Of a stretch of DNA of 51,101 nucleotides, positions 37,638 through 47,626 are shown in pieces; position 1 is the stretch's first letter; the number at the start of each line of letters is the position of its first letter. This stretch comes from Syntrophaceae bacterium UBA4810 (GTDB taxonomy: Bacteria > Desulfobacterota > Syntrophia > Syntrophales > Smithellaceae). The notes beneath the pieces are model-generated. The model searched no databases, had not been told where the DNA came from, and saw only the letters and a program-made list of their open reading frames with translations. Both the position numbers and the translations under genes were made by a program. The DNA lies in NCBI GenBank assembly GCA_002402545.1, contig DHGA01000064.1, positions 654-51,754 of the forward strand. The letters are read 5' to 3'.

Positions 37638-39245
37638 TTACATTACCTCAAATAAAATCATTTCACCTGTGTGGGAATGTTCCCATCTTGCCAATTGCCT
37701 CAAATCTTTGCGATACTTCTCAATATTTACATTATTATTTGACCATGTTTTTTCTGTCCATAGGAGATATTTTATGTTTCTCTCTTTCAACTGTCTGATA
37801 AAAGAGTTATCATCCGCAAAAAGTTCCCAGCAGTTCCACTTGGATGCCTTATGACAAATTGCGCCTCTGGCATTGAGATTGGCATAAAACGATATATAAC
37901 TCTGAGTTGCAATCGACGCGGAAATGTTTATTACCTGCCGGTTTCCTGGTTCCTGCCTTGCTACGAATTCGCCGATTTCCTTATATATTTTATTGCCGGA
38001 GTGCTTCTCTTGGATGTTCTTGGGAAGCGTACTAAACACCATAACGCACGCAAGAACAATAATCACCAGAAGCTCCTTAACTTTCAATCGGGTGCTAAAC
38101 CACTTCACAATCAGCTCCAATCCAACACCCGCAAAAACAATGGACGGCAACATAAACAGGGCAACATATCGGCTCTGCAATACCCAATGCTGGAAAATCG
38201 AGAGATACAAAGCGACAAAAGAAGAAACAACCAGCAGCATGAAATAAATAAGGCGAGGGTCTGCCTTTATTTTTTTAATCTTTGCAAAACCTATGACTGA
38301 CGGAATAAAAAGAAAATATAAAAGGGCTTCTAATACTTTATTTATCAGCGTTCCAAATGCAATAAGCCACATATTCATCCGTGCCTCTGGTAAAAAAACC
38401 TTCAGGGCGAAGTGGGTTGTTCCGTCTATACCCTTTGCCAGTTCTTTTAACTCGCTTTGTAATATAGAATAACCGTAAAAAGATCCTAAAACTTTGTGAA
38501 AAACATCATCGAGTCTGTGTAGCTCATCAACAGAAGCGCCTTTAAAATACGCGACTAAAAAAACAATAATAGATACAATTAAGGCGGGTGATAAAAAAAT
38601 GAGCGATTTGCGAATATCGCGATCTTTGCACAGCAAGTAACAGAAAGATATGACGAAAAAGAGAGACGCTTCTATTCTTTGCCACGTTGCCAGCAAAAAG
38701 AAAAGGCTGCTCAAAAACAAAAAAAGACGATTATTATCTTTGATGCATACAGTGAATAAGTAGAGCCCAACCAATGAAAAAAACCAATAAATTGGGTCTC
38801 TTAGTATGTTAACGCTTGCGCCAACAAAAAATGGGCTCACCCCAACAATTAAGGTAGCCAAAGCGCTGATTCTATAGTCAAAAAATTGCCTCAACAGCAA
38901 ATACAGAAAAACGATTGAGGCAAGGGAAAAAGCAAAGTTGACTGCTTTGCCCGCAAAAACCCAATCTTGCACAATGCTAAATAAACCTGCAATCAAAAAA
39001 GGGTAAAGAGAAAGCAACCTGAATCCGTGACACTCGGCAATTACTTCCCACTGACCATAAAAGATTGCCTTCGCCTCGCCAATATAAACCGTGCCGTCAA
39101 CCGTGATCATAGGGGTATTCGCCCAGGAAATGCCCCTTACAGCGGCAGCAATCAAAATCACTGCGGCAAACCAGATCACTTCTGGAGAGACCTTATTAAA
39201 TTTATCCTCAAATCCTTTTACCGTGCGGCGCAAGTAATTAATCAA
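37638..39245 (-). CDS. ArnT/PMT-like GT-C membrane glycosyltransferase
   Basis: DG..Y motif after TM1, LYPFL, RD, R.E and RY motifs, about 12 TM helices and a soluble C-terminal domain. Confidence 0.72.
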   Translation of the reverse strand: MINYLRRTVKGFEDKFNKVSPEVIWFAAVILIAAAVRGISWANTPMITVDGTVYIGEAKAIFYGQWEVIAECHGFRLLSLYPFLIAGLFSIVQDWVFAGKAVNFAFSLASIVFLYLLLRQFFDYRISALATLIVGVSPFFVGASVNILRDPIYWFFSLVGLYLFTVCIKDNNRLFLFLSSLFFLLATWQRIEASLFFVISFCYLLCKDRDIRKSLIFLSPALIVSIIVFLVAYFKGASVDELHRLDDVFHKVLGSFYGYSILQSELKELAKGIDGTTHFALKVFLPEARMNMWLIAFGTLINKVLEALLYFLFIPSVIGFAKIKKIKADPRLIYFMLLVVSSFVALYLSIFQHWVLQSRYVALFMLPSIVFAGVGLELIVKWFSTRLKVKELLVIIVLACVMVFSTLPKNIQEKHSGNKIYKEIGEFVARQEPGNRQVINISASIATQSYISFYANLNARGAICHKASKWNCWELFADDNSFIRQLKERNIKYLLWTEKTWSNNNVNIEKYRKDLRQLARWEHSHTGEMILFEVM

Positions 39246-39383
39246 TTATCAGCCCCTCCTTTGCGAGAAACAATCTATTTCTTTTTATCGCATCGTCATT
39301 TACTTTTGTCTGTCATAAACCGGAGAAGCGGATTATTACACCACAAAAATATCTAGAGTTATTATTGAGCCAAGTGCAATAAA

Positions 39384-40232
39384 TCACGGCAGCTGCGTTG
39401 CCGCATCCAGCGTGTTTTTCATTAACATAGCAATGGTCATGGGGCCAACCCCACCTGGCACAGGTGTTATATATGACGCTTTTTTTGCCACTTCAGCAAA
39501 CGCAACGTCTCCGACAAGCTTATCGTTATCCAGACGATTTACCCCCACGTCAATAACTACAGCTCCTTTTTTAACCATATCCGCATTTATCATCTGGGGT
39601 TTGCCAACAGCGGCAATCAGAATATCCGCGCGAGAAGTAACGGCAGCTAAATCTTTTGTTTTAGAATGGCAAATTGTAACCGTAGCGTGTTGAGCCAAAA
39701 GCAGAAGCGCCATGGGCTTGCCCACAATATTACTGCGGCCAACAACGACTGCCTCTTTCCCGGGAAGTGAAATGCCGGTGCGGGAGATTATTTCCATGAT
39801 ACCTCGTGGCGTGCAGGGAACAAAAAGCGGTGAACCGGTTAAGAGGGAACCGATATTATAAGGATGAAATCCATCCACATCTTTACGCGGATCAATCGCA
39901 GCGATAACTCTATCAGTAGAAATATGTTTTGGAAGAGGAAGCTGAACAAGAATACCGTGAATTAAGCTATCCGCATTTAGTTCATTAATCAACTGTAGCA
40001 AACTTGCCTCGGTGGTATCCGCCGGTAATTTGTGCTGGCGTGACAAAAAACCGGCTTCCATACATGCCTTTGCTTTTCTTGCCACATAAACCTTGGATGC
40101 CGGATCTTCTCCCACCATGATGACAGCAAGCCCCGGAATAATTCCTTTATTTTCCTTAAGCGTTGCCGCTTCAATACGTATTGAATCCCGAATTTCCTGC
40201 GCTATTTTATTGCCGTCAATAATTATACCCAT
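39384..40232 (-). CDS. folD: Bifunctional methylene-THF dehydrogenase/cyclohydrolase
   Basis: Motifs [36 protein letters not shown] and [11 protein letters not shown]. Confidence 0.97.
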   Translation of the reverse strand: MGIIIDGNKIAQEIRDSIRIEAATLKENKGIIPGLAVIMVGEDPASKVYVARKAKACMEAGFLSRQHKLPADTTEASLLQLINELNADSLIHGILVQLPLPKHISTDRVIAAIDPRKDVDGFHPYNIGSLLTGSPLFVPCTPRGIMEIISRTGISLPGKEAVVVGRSNIVGKPMALLLLAQHATVTICHSKTKDLAAVTSRADILIAAVGKPQMINADMVKKGAVVIDVGVNRLDNDKLVGDVAFAEVAKKASYITPVPGGVGPMTIAMLMKNTLDAATQLP

Positions 40233-40278
40233 AACCCCTCATATATAGATATCCCGTTTCTATAATTTACAGTTTTGG

Positions 40279-40307
40279 ATATTATGGCAAAAAAACAACA
40301 TTGGCAA
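40279..40307 (-). promoter_or_regulatory. Candidate sigma70 promoter for folD
   Basis: TTGCCA-17 nt-TAATAT on the minus strand, about 45 nt upstream of the ATG. Confidence 0.4.
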
Positions 40308-40420
40308 GAAAAAATCAGGCGCCGGCAAAAGGCTTTATTTCTGGCAGCATGCGGTGTTTGATGGTTTTGCGCCTCTTAAATCGACCGCGTCTTCTACCTG
40401 ATTTCTTTAACTAATTAACC

Positions 40421-40449
40421 TTGACACCTAAATTATCTTTTCATAAACT
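40421..40449 (+). promoter_or_regulatory. Candidate sigma70 promoter for the 40562 GT2 gene
   Basis: TTGACA-17 nt-TAAACT. Confidence 0.6.
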
Positions 40450-40561
40450 ACCAAACATAAAATTATCAACATCTTTTCGAAATGTCCATATGGCATGTGG
40501 CCAAAATTCAACAGATGATGGACTTTTGCGAGTAAATATTTTTTAATGAAGGCACATTATA

Positions 40562-41473
40562 ATGCATTATCCTTTGGTTAGCGTAATAATTCCAACATAT
40601 AACAGAAAAGAATCGGTTAAGGAAGCTGTGCAGAGCGTATTAGACCAGGACTATCCTAAGATTGAGGTCGTCGTTATCGATGACGGATCAACTGATGGTA
40701 CCGCAGAAGAGCTAGCCAAGGTGTTTGGTTCCCGCATACATTATGTTTTTCAGGAAAATGCGGGAGTAAGTCGTGCGCGCAACAGAGGCGTCCTTGAAGC
40801 ACGAGGAGACCTCGTTTGCTTCTTGGATTCTGATGACATTTTGGTTCCTGGCTCCATCTCGGCCAGAATAAGTTGTTTTAGCAACAATAAGAACTGCCGG
40901 GTTTCCTATGGTCTATCTGTAAAAGAAACCAAATACGCAAAAAAGAAGGAAGCTCTCCTGAAAAAAAGTTTTCCTTACGGCTATATTATGAAGAGCTATT
41001 TAAAAGAGCCTTTTTGTAATACCAATACATATATGATTTCCAAAGAAGATATGCTGAATTACGGAATGTATCGGGAAGACCTGACAAATCTTGAAGATTT
41101 TGAGCTTTTTGTCCGCCTCATGCATAAACTATATTTCTGTTATTGCGGCACTATATGCTCCCTTACACGGGATAAAAGCAAAAGTGCTCACCGCAATTTT
41201 AAAAAGATTATGGATCAGGGAATAAAAGCGTTGGACCACATTTTTTCCGATCCAGAACTTGTTAATGTGCTCGCAGAGGAGAAGATAGGTCTCTATGCAG
41301 AGACCTATCTGAGGCTAGCCAAGGCAAGCCTCAAGCTCAAACGCGGACGCGAGTTTAGACGATACTTTAAAATGGCGAGGGAACTTCAACATAGTCAGCG
41401 AACAAATTTTAAATTCTGGAGAAGATGGATTATCTCGTGGGCGATAAGTCTATGGCAAGTTGGGAAAGAATAA
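40562..41473 (+). CDS. GT2 glycosyltransferase
   Basis: Motifs VSVIIPTYNR, IDDGSTD, NAGVSRARN, FLDSDD and ED.EL. Confidence 0.9.
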   Translation: MHYPLVSVIIPTYNRKESVKEAVQSVLDQDYPKIEVVVIDDGSTDGTAEELAKVFGSRIHYVFQENAGVSRARNRGVLEARGDLVCFLDSDDILVPGSISARISCFSNNKNCRVSYGLSVKETKYAKKKEALLKKSFPYGYIMKSYLKEPFCNTNTYMISKEDMLNYGMYREDLTNLEDFELFVRLMHKLYFCYCGTICSLTRDKSKSAHRNFKKIMDQGIKALDHIFSDPELVNVLAEEKIGLYAETYLRLAKASLKLKRGREFRRYFKMARELQHSQRTNFKFWRRWIISWAISLWQVGKE

Positions 41474-41725
41474 AAGTGGATAAGGCAGTGGGTTTTTTAT
41501 AACCTGTGTGCATACCTGTGCTGTATTTATTGTTATTTTTTATTATTTTTGAAAGGCGAGGTTCGCCACAATATTTCCATCACGGGAAAGCTTTATGATG
41601 TATATTTCTGTTCGAAAGATGTGCCTCTATATACCGGCGTCTAACCTTTGCTAGTCGTTGTACGGTTGACGACATATACCATCAATAAATTTATCAAAAC
41701 AATGTCTCAACGTGGTAATTTATCC

Positions 41726-41754
41726 TTGACATGCGAGATAGATTTTCCTACATT
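41726..41754 (+). promoter_or_regulatory. Candidate sigma70 promoter for the nitroreductase-pyruvyltransferase pair
   Basis: TTGACA-17 nt-TACATT. Confidence 0.55.
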
Positions 41755-41836
41755 TCAGTATATAAAAAAGATATTCTTAAAAATTCAATTGTTATAGTTT
41801 GTGGCTCTGTAAAAATCCGATTGTGGTGTATAGGAA

Positions 41837-42817
41837 ATGGCTTTTCGTTATAGAGGAATTCTTAAGCTGATAAGATGCTATTTCTACGACATGCTAAGGT
41901 TTGCACGCTACTCCAGCATGTTTAGAAAAGATACTGCAAGTCTTTTGACCGAGATTACCACAACCTACCATATTATCGAAAAAGGTCTCTCTTTTCGTGA
42001 TAGTCGCTCCGGATTTGGCAAAGAAATGATTGAAAATTTGATCGCTCTATTGTCTTTATATGAGAATAAAGGAGGGGACCGCTTTGACCGACAATATGTC
42101 GCATCTCTAAAAGTACTTCAGGCTTATTTGACAAATCAACCACCAAAAGGCGATAAAGATTGCTCGTTTTCGACAGTCGATATAATCTACGAATTTCTGG
42201 AAAAAAGGAGGGCTTTTAACGCTTCAGGTGATTGTGATGTTCAAGGCGGGTGCAAAGAAATTACCAAAGATGATTATACACGATTCGGCAAGGGAGATTT
42301 TGCATTGCTGTCTCAGAATCGCTACTCTATTCGCACTTTTTCCGAGGAAGACATCCCTGTCCAAGTACTCCGCGATGTTATTAAATATGCTCAGAAAACG
42401 CCATCTACCTGTAACCGCCAAACCGCGCGGGCATATCTTGTTTCAGATAAACAAAAAATTATGGAGGTATTACGCATTCACAAGGGAACAAGGGGGTTCA
42501 GCGAATACATCAACAAATTAATTTTAGTGGCGGGGGATTTGAGGGCATGCATGGGAACAGGCGACAGAAATCAAGTGTTTGTCGATTGCGGTTTGTTCGC
42601 AATGAATATTTTGTATGGTTTGCAGTATAAAGGTATAGGTGCTTGCATTTTGCATTGGAGCGTGGACGCTAAAAAAGACAAAATACTTAGGAAATTTATA
42701 AATCTTGACATTCACCATACCGTTGTTTGTCTTATTGCAATAGGCGGGCTGGATAAGAGATTCAAGGTGCCAATTTCTCAAAGGAATTCACTTGAAAGTA
42801 TTTTAATTGAAACGTAA
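41837..42817 (+). CDS. Nitroreductase-family flavoprotein with an N-terminal extension
   Basis: Motifs RYSIRTF, AQKTPSTCNRQ, DCGLFAMN and GIGAC; the extension contains HIIEKGLS...GFG. Confidence 0.82.
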   Translation: MAFRYRGILKLIRCYFYDMLRFARYSSMFRKDTASLLTEITTTYHIIEKGLSFRDSRSGFGKEMIENLIALLSLYENKGGDRFDRQYVASLKVLQAYLTNQPPKGDKDCSFSTVDIIYEFLEKRRAFNASGDCDVQGGCKEITKDDYTRFGKGDFALLSQNRYSIRTFSEEDIPVQVLRDVIKYAQKTPSTCNRQTARAYLVSDKQKIMEVLRIHKGTRGFSEYINKLILVAGDLRACMGTGDRNQVFVDCGLFAMNILYGLQYKGIGACILHWSVDAKKDKILRKFINLDIHHTVVCLIAIGGLDKRFKVPISQRNSLESILIET

Positions 42818-42835
42818 TTACAGACAAAAAATAAC

Positions 42836-43990
42836 ATGAAAACTGTTAAAATCGTTACTTTTCACTCTGCTATTAATTTCGGTGCGTTCATGCAAGCCTA
42901 TGCATTGTGCCGTACCATAGAAAACATGGGGTTTAAGGTCGAACTGATTGATTTTCAGCCTTACTTAAAAACAAAGAAAGGGAAACAAAAAGAAATCGAT
43001 ATAAATCGCGAGATTATTTTCAGAGAGTTTCAAAAAAACTATCTTCCTTTAAGCTCAGAAACATATACCTGCCTAGATCAAATGAAAAGCTTAATGGCCG
43101 ATGTGCTGGTTTGTGGCAGCGATCAAATATGGAACTTAGGCATAGGCGATGTAAGGAAAAATCGAGATGTTTATTTTTTAAATTTCGGCGCCGATTCAAT
43201 CAGGCGTGTGTCCTATGCAGCTAGCACCGGCGGGACTCCAATTTCGTCAGAGAATTTTGATTTTGTACAAAAAGCTCTTTCCGCTTTTAGATATATCTCA
43301 TTGCGGGAACCTGAATCATTAAATAACATTAAAGATACTACACACATTCCCCTAAAAGTTGTGCTCGACCCGACACTTCTTTGGGATCAATACCCTGAAA
43401 CAGAAATATTCAGTAAATATCGTTTGCCTGAAAAATACGTTGCAGTATATGGTCTTCAAAAAAACCCTATTTTTATTGATGCAATAAAAAAAATAAGGGA
43501 ATTGTACAACCTTCCAGTTATTAACATTGGCGTTATAGATATGCCTCTCGTTGAATATAATCTTACTCTACTGAATCCCGCAGAGTGGTCTTCTTTTATT
43601 AGACACGCTGACTTTGTAATCACAAATTCATTTCACGGAACCATTTTTTCAATAAAACACAAGCGGCAATTTCTTAGTATACCTTTAATCAAAAGGAATC
43701 CGAAACGCAAATTGTATCTTGAAGAATTAATTTTTAAAGTAAAGCTCCAGGATATTTTCGCATGTTTTATCAAAGAATTAAAACCTGCCTGGCTAGAGCA
43801 TAATTATTCACCCAGAAATAAGCGCATCGAAAATATCCTGAATATTGTTGGCTTGCCGGACAGGCTATATAAATATCAGAACAATATCAGCTTTGTCCGT
43901 GTACCGATTGATTACTCAAATGTCCAAAGTCGGCTGAATGAACCTATTGAAACTTCAGTTTCGTTTTTAAAAACAGCCCTTAACGACTGA
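42836..43990 (+). CDS. Polysaccharide pyruvyl transferase family protein
   Basis: Motifs TFH...NFGA.MQAYAL, GSDQIWN, SYAAS, ISLRE, DPTLL and TNSFHGTIFSI. Confidence 0.88.
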   Translation: MKTVKIVTFHSAINFGAFMQAYALCRTIENMGFKVELIDFQPYLKTKKGKQKEIDINREIIFREFQKNYLPLSSETYTCLDQMKSLMADVLVCGSDQIWNLGIGDVRKNRDVYFLNFGADSIRRVSYAASTGGTPISSENFDFVQKALSAFRYISLREPESLNNIKDTTHIPLKVVLDPTLLWDQYPETEIFSKYRLPEKYVAVYGLQKNPIFIDAIKKIRELYNLPVINIGVIDMPLVEYNLTLLNPAEWSSFIRHADFVITNSFHGTIFSIKHKRQFLSIPLIKRNPKRKLYLEELIFKVKLQDIFACFIKELKPAWLEHNYSPRNKRIENILNIVGLPDRLYKYQNNISFVRVPIDYSNVQSRLNEPIETSVSFLKTALND

Positions 43991-44161
43991 ATGACAACTC
44001 AAATGCATTAGTCAATGTTTTTAGACGCTGAAAATAAAACTTGGTCGGTTTTTTTGAATGTTGATAACCGCGTAGTTCATTTTATTATTCTAATGTTAAT
44101 ATATTTTTTTCAAAATATTGTTCATGTACACACTTTCTCATCAAAAACAGACCTAGACAAA

Positions 44162-44884
44162 TCAGAACTTTTTACTTTTCACTAAAAACTTTTCAGCCAT
44201 GCGCTGGGCCTCTGGATTATTTTCACCAAGTATCCTCAGAAAGTTTTCCGCATCTTTATGAAAATGGTATCGAAACCATAAACTGTTGTATCGATGAATC
44301 CGCATGTGGTCCAAATCCAGCAGTACCGGAATTCCATCCACAAATATCATATTGCTTTTCTGAAAATCATCATGCGTAATCCGCGCCGCATAAAGCTTCT
44401 CCAGCAACTCAGCAACATTAACAAACATCTTCTCCCATTTTTTTTGTGGCTTACTGTCTTTAGTAAAAAGATCTCTGCCCTGCGTGCCCTCAACATATTC
44501 CGCAATAAAATATGACCGGCCGCGGATGGGGCCAAAACGCTCTATTAATACGGCCACCGGCTTCGGAGTGCAAATGTTGTGCCTCTCCAAATAATGACTG
44601 TTATTCCAAGAACGAAACGCGCGACTTTGACGAAAATTATTTTTAAGACCATGCCAAAAACCCATTACGTTATAGCGCTTAACAACAAACTTTTTTCCAT
44701 TTACCGATACAACACCAACCGTTGTGGCCTCGCTCGGAGCCTTTTTATAAAAACGACACGTTCCATCGCTCAAAAATTCTTCCGGGTCATTAAAAAATTT
44801 GTGCATTTCCGGACTTAAATATTCATTTCGGCAAATTATAGTTTTGCGTAAATTTTTTGCTCGATAGTATATTTCGTTATTCAT
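44162..44884 (-). CDS. LPS kinase (Kdo/WaaP/InaA family)
   Basis: Motifs VVKRY, SRA.RSW, TPKPVA, HDDFQKSN and LLDLD. Confidence 0.85.
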   Translation of the reverse strand: MNNEIYYRAKNLRKTIICRNEYLSPEMHKFFNDPEEFLSDGTCRFYKKAPSEATTVGVVSVNGKKFVVKRYNVMGFWHGLKNNFRQSRAFRSWNNSHYLERHNICTPKPVAVLIERFGPIRGRSYFIAEYVEGTQGRDLFTKDSKPQKKWEKMFVNVAELLEKLYAARITHDDFQKSNMIFVDGIPVLLDLDHMRIHRYNSLWFRYHFHKDAENFLRILGENNPEAQRMAEKFLVKSKKF

Positions 44885-44916
44885 ATATAATATAGTTAAG
44901 CTCCCAAAATTAATGC

Positions 44917-46434
44917 CTATCCTGATACCACACTAAGCCACTTGTCTCTTGCCTCCGCAAATAGCTGAGAGCAATCTTGTTTTAGCGCAGGCACGTCGGG
45001 CATGGTTTCGGTCAGCTGATTAAAATGCTGCTGCCAGTGCGCGCGGCTAACACGGCGATGATAATCTATATCATTATTCCCTACCAGATATAAACTTGTC
45101 AACCCTTCTTCGGTGGCTACGATAATGTTTTGTGCTTTTAAATTTTTATGAACAAAACCCACAAGATAGAGACGAGCGAGCAGGTTCAGCAATTCACCTA
45201 ATAAAAATCTACGCTTTGTCTTGTCATGCGCCGCGCTTTCCAATGACTCATAAAGCGAAAGACCATGAATATATTCTTTCACCAGATAACTTCTCCCGCC
45301 TGAAGCCTCAAACCAGGCAAGGCATTTAGAAACAGGCAAGCCGGACATTTCCAGCAGCCAGTTGTTCAACCACCGCTCACGGCCTGGAGAAACTTTCCCC
45401 CAACGGCTTGAATTAATAAACTCTTTAATGATAAATTCTTTTCCTTCAAGTTCAATGATCGATACGCGTTGTTGTGTATTTTCTTTGATCATTTTCGCCG
45501 GATCTCCCGAAGATATATCTTTATGACCCTGTATTAATTTTTGCGCTAGACTCAAATTGAAACCTGTCCGCCATCGCCATGTTCCCGTGCTATTTTTAAC
45601 AACCCTGCAGATGCTGTTAGACCTTTTATTGGAATTTAATACTTTACGCCGACGGCCACGCCATTTGTGGTGAATCTGGCGGACCATCGATTGTTTCAGT
45701 TTCCCCCATACTATGTCTATCTGTTCGGGTTTATCCTCGGGAAACAATGGTTGAAACAAAGAATGGACTTCTTTTAGTTGTAGATTTTGCTCCATCCCCG
45801 TAAACAATCTGAGCATTAACATCTTCTGTCTGTTTGACAATTTACGAACGGCACGCACTCCGTGCGCATCTACAAGCGCGCAATTTGTGCCTTCGGATTT
45901 TTCCACGGCCAGAATGTTGCCAAAGTGAAGGTCCGGGTGATATATTTGAGCCCGCATCATGTCTCGTAACAATATGCTCAAGCCAGCCAACAATTTTTCT
46001 TTACGAATATTGTCTCTTATGACTTTTGGCCATAGCTCCTCGATTACCGAACTATCATTGAGCGCCTCTGTCATGAGGACACCCTGTCCGCGCCTCCAGC
46101 CGCAAGCCACCGGCGTCACAGCAGCCACTCCATTATTTTGAAGAAGCTGCAGGGCGAAAAACTCCCGTAACACCTTTGGATAAATCCATGACCGCAAAAT
46201 ATCCCATGCTTCTTTAGGGTGATCGTGTTTTAAAAAGTAAGAAGGGGAAGAGTCAGGCGCAGGCAGCAAGGCATAAACGCTGCGCTTCCTGTTATGCTTT
46301 ACAAGGACGCAAAGCTTATCATCACCCGATATCCAGTGCTCAAATTCAGGAAAAGCTGGATTTTCCGGAAACCACTTTGCTGAAGCTGCAACAAAACTCT
46401 CATTTGCAGACACAAGAATTACCGCCTTTAACAA
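44917..46434 (-). CDS. Tandem LPS-kinase-domain protein (active-looking domain plus degenerate domain); 5' end uncertain
   Basis: Domain 1 has FLK, REF, HPDLHFGNIL and LVD. Domain 2 has IIKEF, HKNLKAQNI and LVGNND. Confidence 0.75.
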   Translation of the reverse strand: MLKAVILVSANESFVAASAKWFPENPAFPEFEHWISGDDKLCVLVKHNRKRSVYALLPAPDSSPSYFLKHDHPKEAWDILRSWIYPKVLREFFALQLLQNNGVAAVTPVACGWRRGQGVLMTEALNDSSVIEELWPKVIRDNIRKEKLLAGLSILLRDMMRAQIYHPDLHFGNILAVEKSEGTNCALVDAHGVRAVRKLSNRQKMLMLRLFTGMEQNLQLKEVHSLFQPLFPEDKPEQIDIVWGKLKQSMVRQIHHKWRGRRRKVLNSNKRSNSICRVVKNSTGTWRWRTGFNLSLAQKLIQGHKDISSGDPAKMIKENTQQRVSIIELEGKEFIIKEFINSSRWGKVSPGRERWLNNWLLEMSGLPVSKCLAWFEASGGRSYLVKEYIHGLSLYESLESAAHDKTKRRFLLGELLNLLARLYLVGFVHKNLKAQNIIVATEEGLTSLYLVGNNDIDYHRRVSRAHWQQHFNQLTETMPDVPALKQDCSQLFAEARDKWLSVVSG

Positions 46435-46597
46435 TATACTTCTTTATTATTCCAGAATTATAGAGAAGTTCCATGACTATCAATCGTTTTCCTCCGCGAA
46501 ACATTAAATTATAACAACCATTAAAATAGAAAATATAATGACATTATGATATTTATTCAATATTAAATTACAGACATCTTTTTATTCAAAGATGAGG

Positions 46598-47626
46598 TTA
46601 CTTTTCTTTAATTTTACTTTCAACCACAGAGTAAACTTGTTTGGGGGTAATATTTTTCATGCAATTGGTTGTCTTGCATTTTTTTAAAAAACAGGGGCTG
46701 CAGGATAAATTATCACTGATAACGATATGTCCCCCGCCATAAGGGCCGGTCCTTTTTGGATCGGTTGGACCAAATAGAGCGACAACCGGCGTGCCCACGG
46801 CGCAGGCTAAATGCATCGGGCCGGAATCGGTTGTTATCACCATTAGCGCTTTTTTAAAAAGACAGGAAAGTTCCATTAATGATGTTTTTCCGCCTAAATT
46901 TATACCTGTTGATTTCATTTTCGCTGTAATTTTCTCAATTGACTTGCTTTCACTGCCCGTAAAAACAACTTTTTTCTTGAGCTTTGCCTGGATTAAATCA
47001 GCAAGCTTTGCGAATTTTTCATTATCCCATAGCTTGGTATCCCAATAGGCGATGGGATTAATGGCAATATAATTATTTTCGTCTAGCCCGTGGCTTGCCA
47101 GCAGCAACTTAACTTTGTTTTCGGTATCAGCGCTTTGAGGAAGAATAAATTCCGCTCTTTCTTTTTTTGCTCCCAGATAAAGAGGAAAATCCAAATATCG
47201 ATCAACCGCGTGTTTATTCATATCTTCAGGAATTTTTTCGTTAAGAAACAGGCCGCTTAATTCCTGCAGAGAATCATAGCCAAGCTTCCTTTTGCCGCCG
47301 CTTAAAAAAACAATAATGGAGCTCTTGAATAAACCGTGAAAATCAATGATTAGGTCATAAGGGCGCTTGCGTAAATCCCTGATAAACTGACAGATTTCCC
47401 GCCATGCTTTCCGCAAATTGCCGGACTTGATATCTTGTATCCATGCTTTACGCCGCGATACCAGCACTTCGTCAAGGTGAGGATGATTTAATATTAAATC
47501 TGCCGCGGCTTCTTCCACCACCCAGGTTATATGCGCCTGGGGATAAAGACTACGCAGCGCGGTAAGCGACGGCAGAGTATGAATAACGTCGCCGATCGCG
47601 CTCAATTTTACGACTAATATATTCAC
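46598..47626 (-). CDS. waaC: GT9 heptosyltransferase (WaaC-like)
   Basis: Motifs ILVVKLSAIGDVIH, DFHGLFKS, HAVDR, DSGPMHLA and LFGPT. Confidence 0.78.
   Translation of the reverse strand: MNILVVKLSAIGDVIHTLPSLTALRSLYPQAHITWVVEEAAADLILNHPHLDEVLVSRRKAWIQDIKSGNLRKAWREICQFIRDLRKRPYDLIIDFHGLFKSSIIVFLSGGKRKLGYDSLQELSGLFLNEKIPEDMNKHAVDRYLDFPLYLGAKKERAEFILPQSADTENKVKLLLASHGLDENNYIAINPIAYWDTKLWDNEKFAKLADLIQAKLKKKVVFTGSESKSIEKITAKMKSTGINLGGKTSLMELSCLFKKALMVITTDSGPMHLACAVGTPVVALFGPTDPKRTGPYGGGHIVISDNLSCSPCFLKKCKTTNCMKNITPKQVYSVVESKIKEK

Noticed and set aside
36851-38300. Longer antisense ORFs at 36851-37276 and 37851-38300
   Set aside because: They have no recognisable motifs and fully overlap clear genes on the opposite strand.
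41474-41700. T-rich stretch after the GT2 gene that might be a decayed membrane-protein gene
   Set aside because: It has multiple stops and no motif I can assign.
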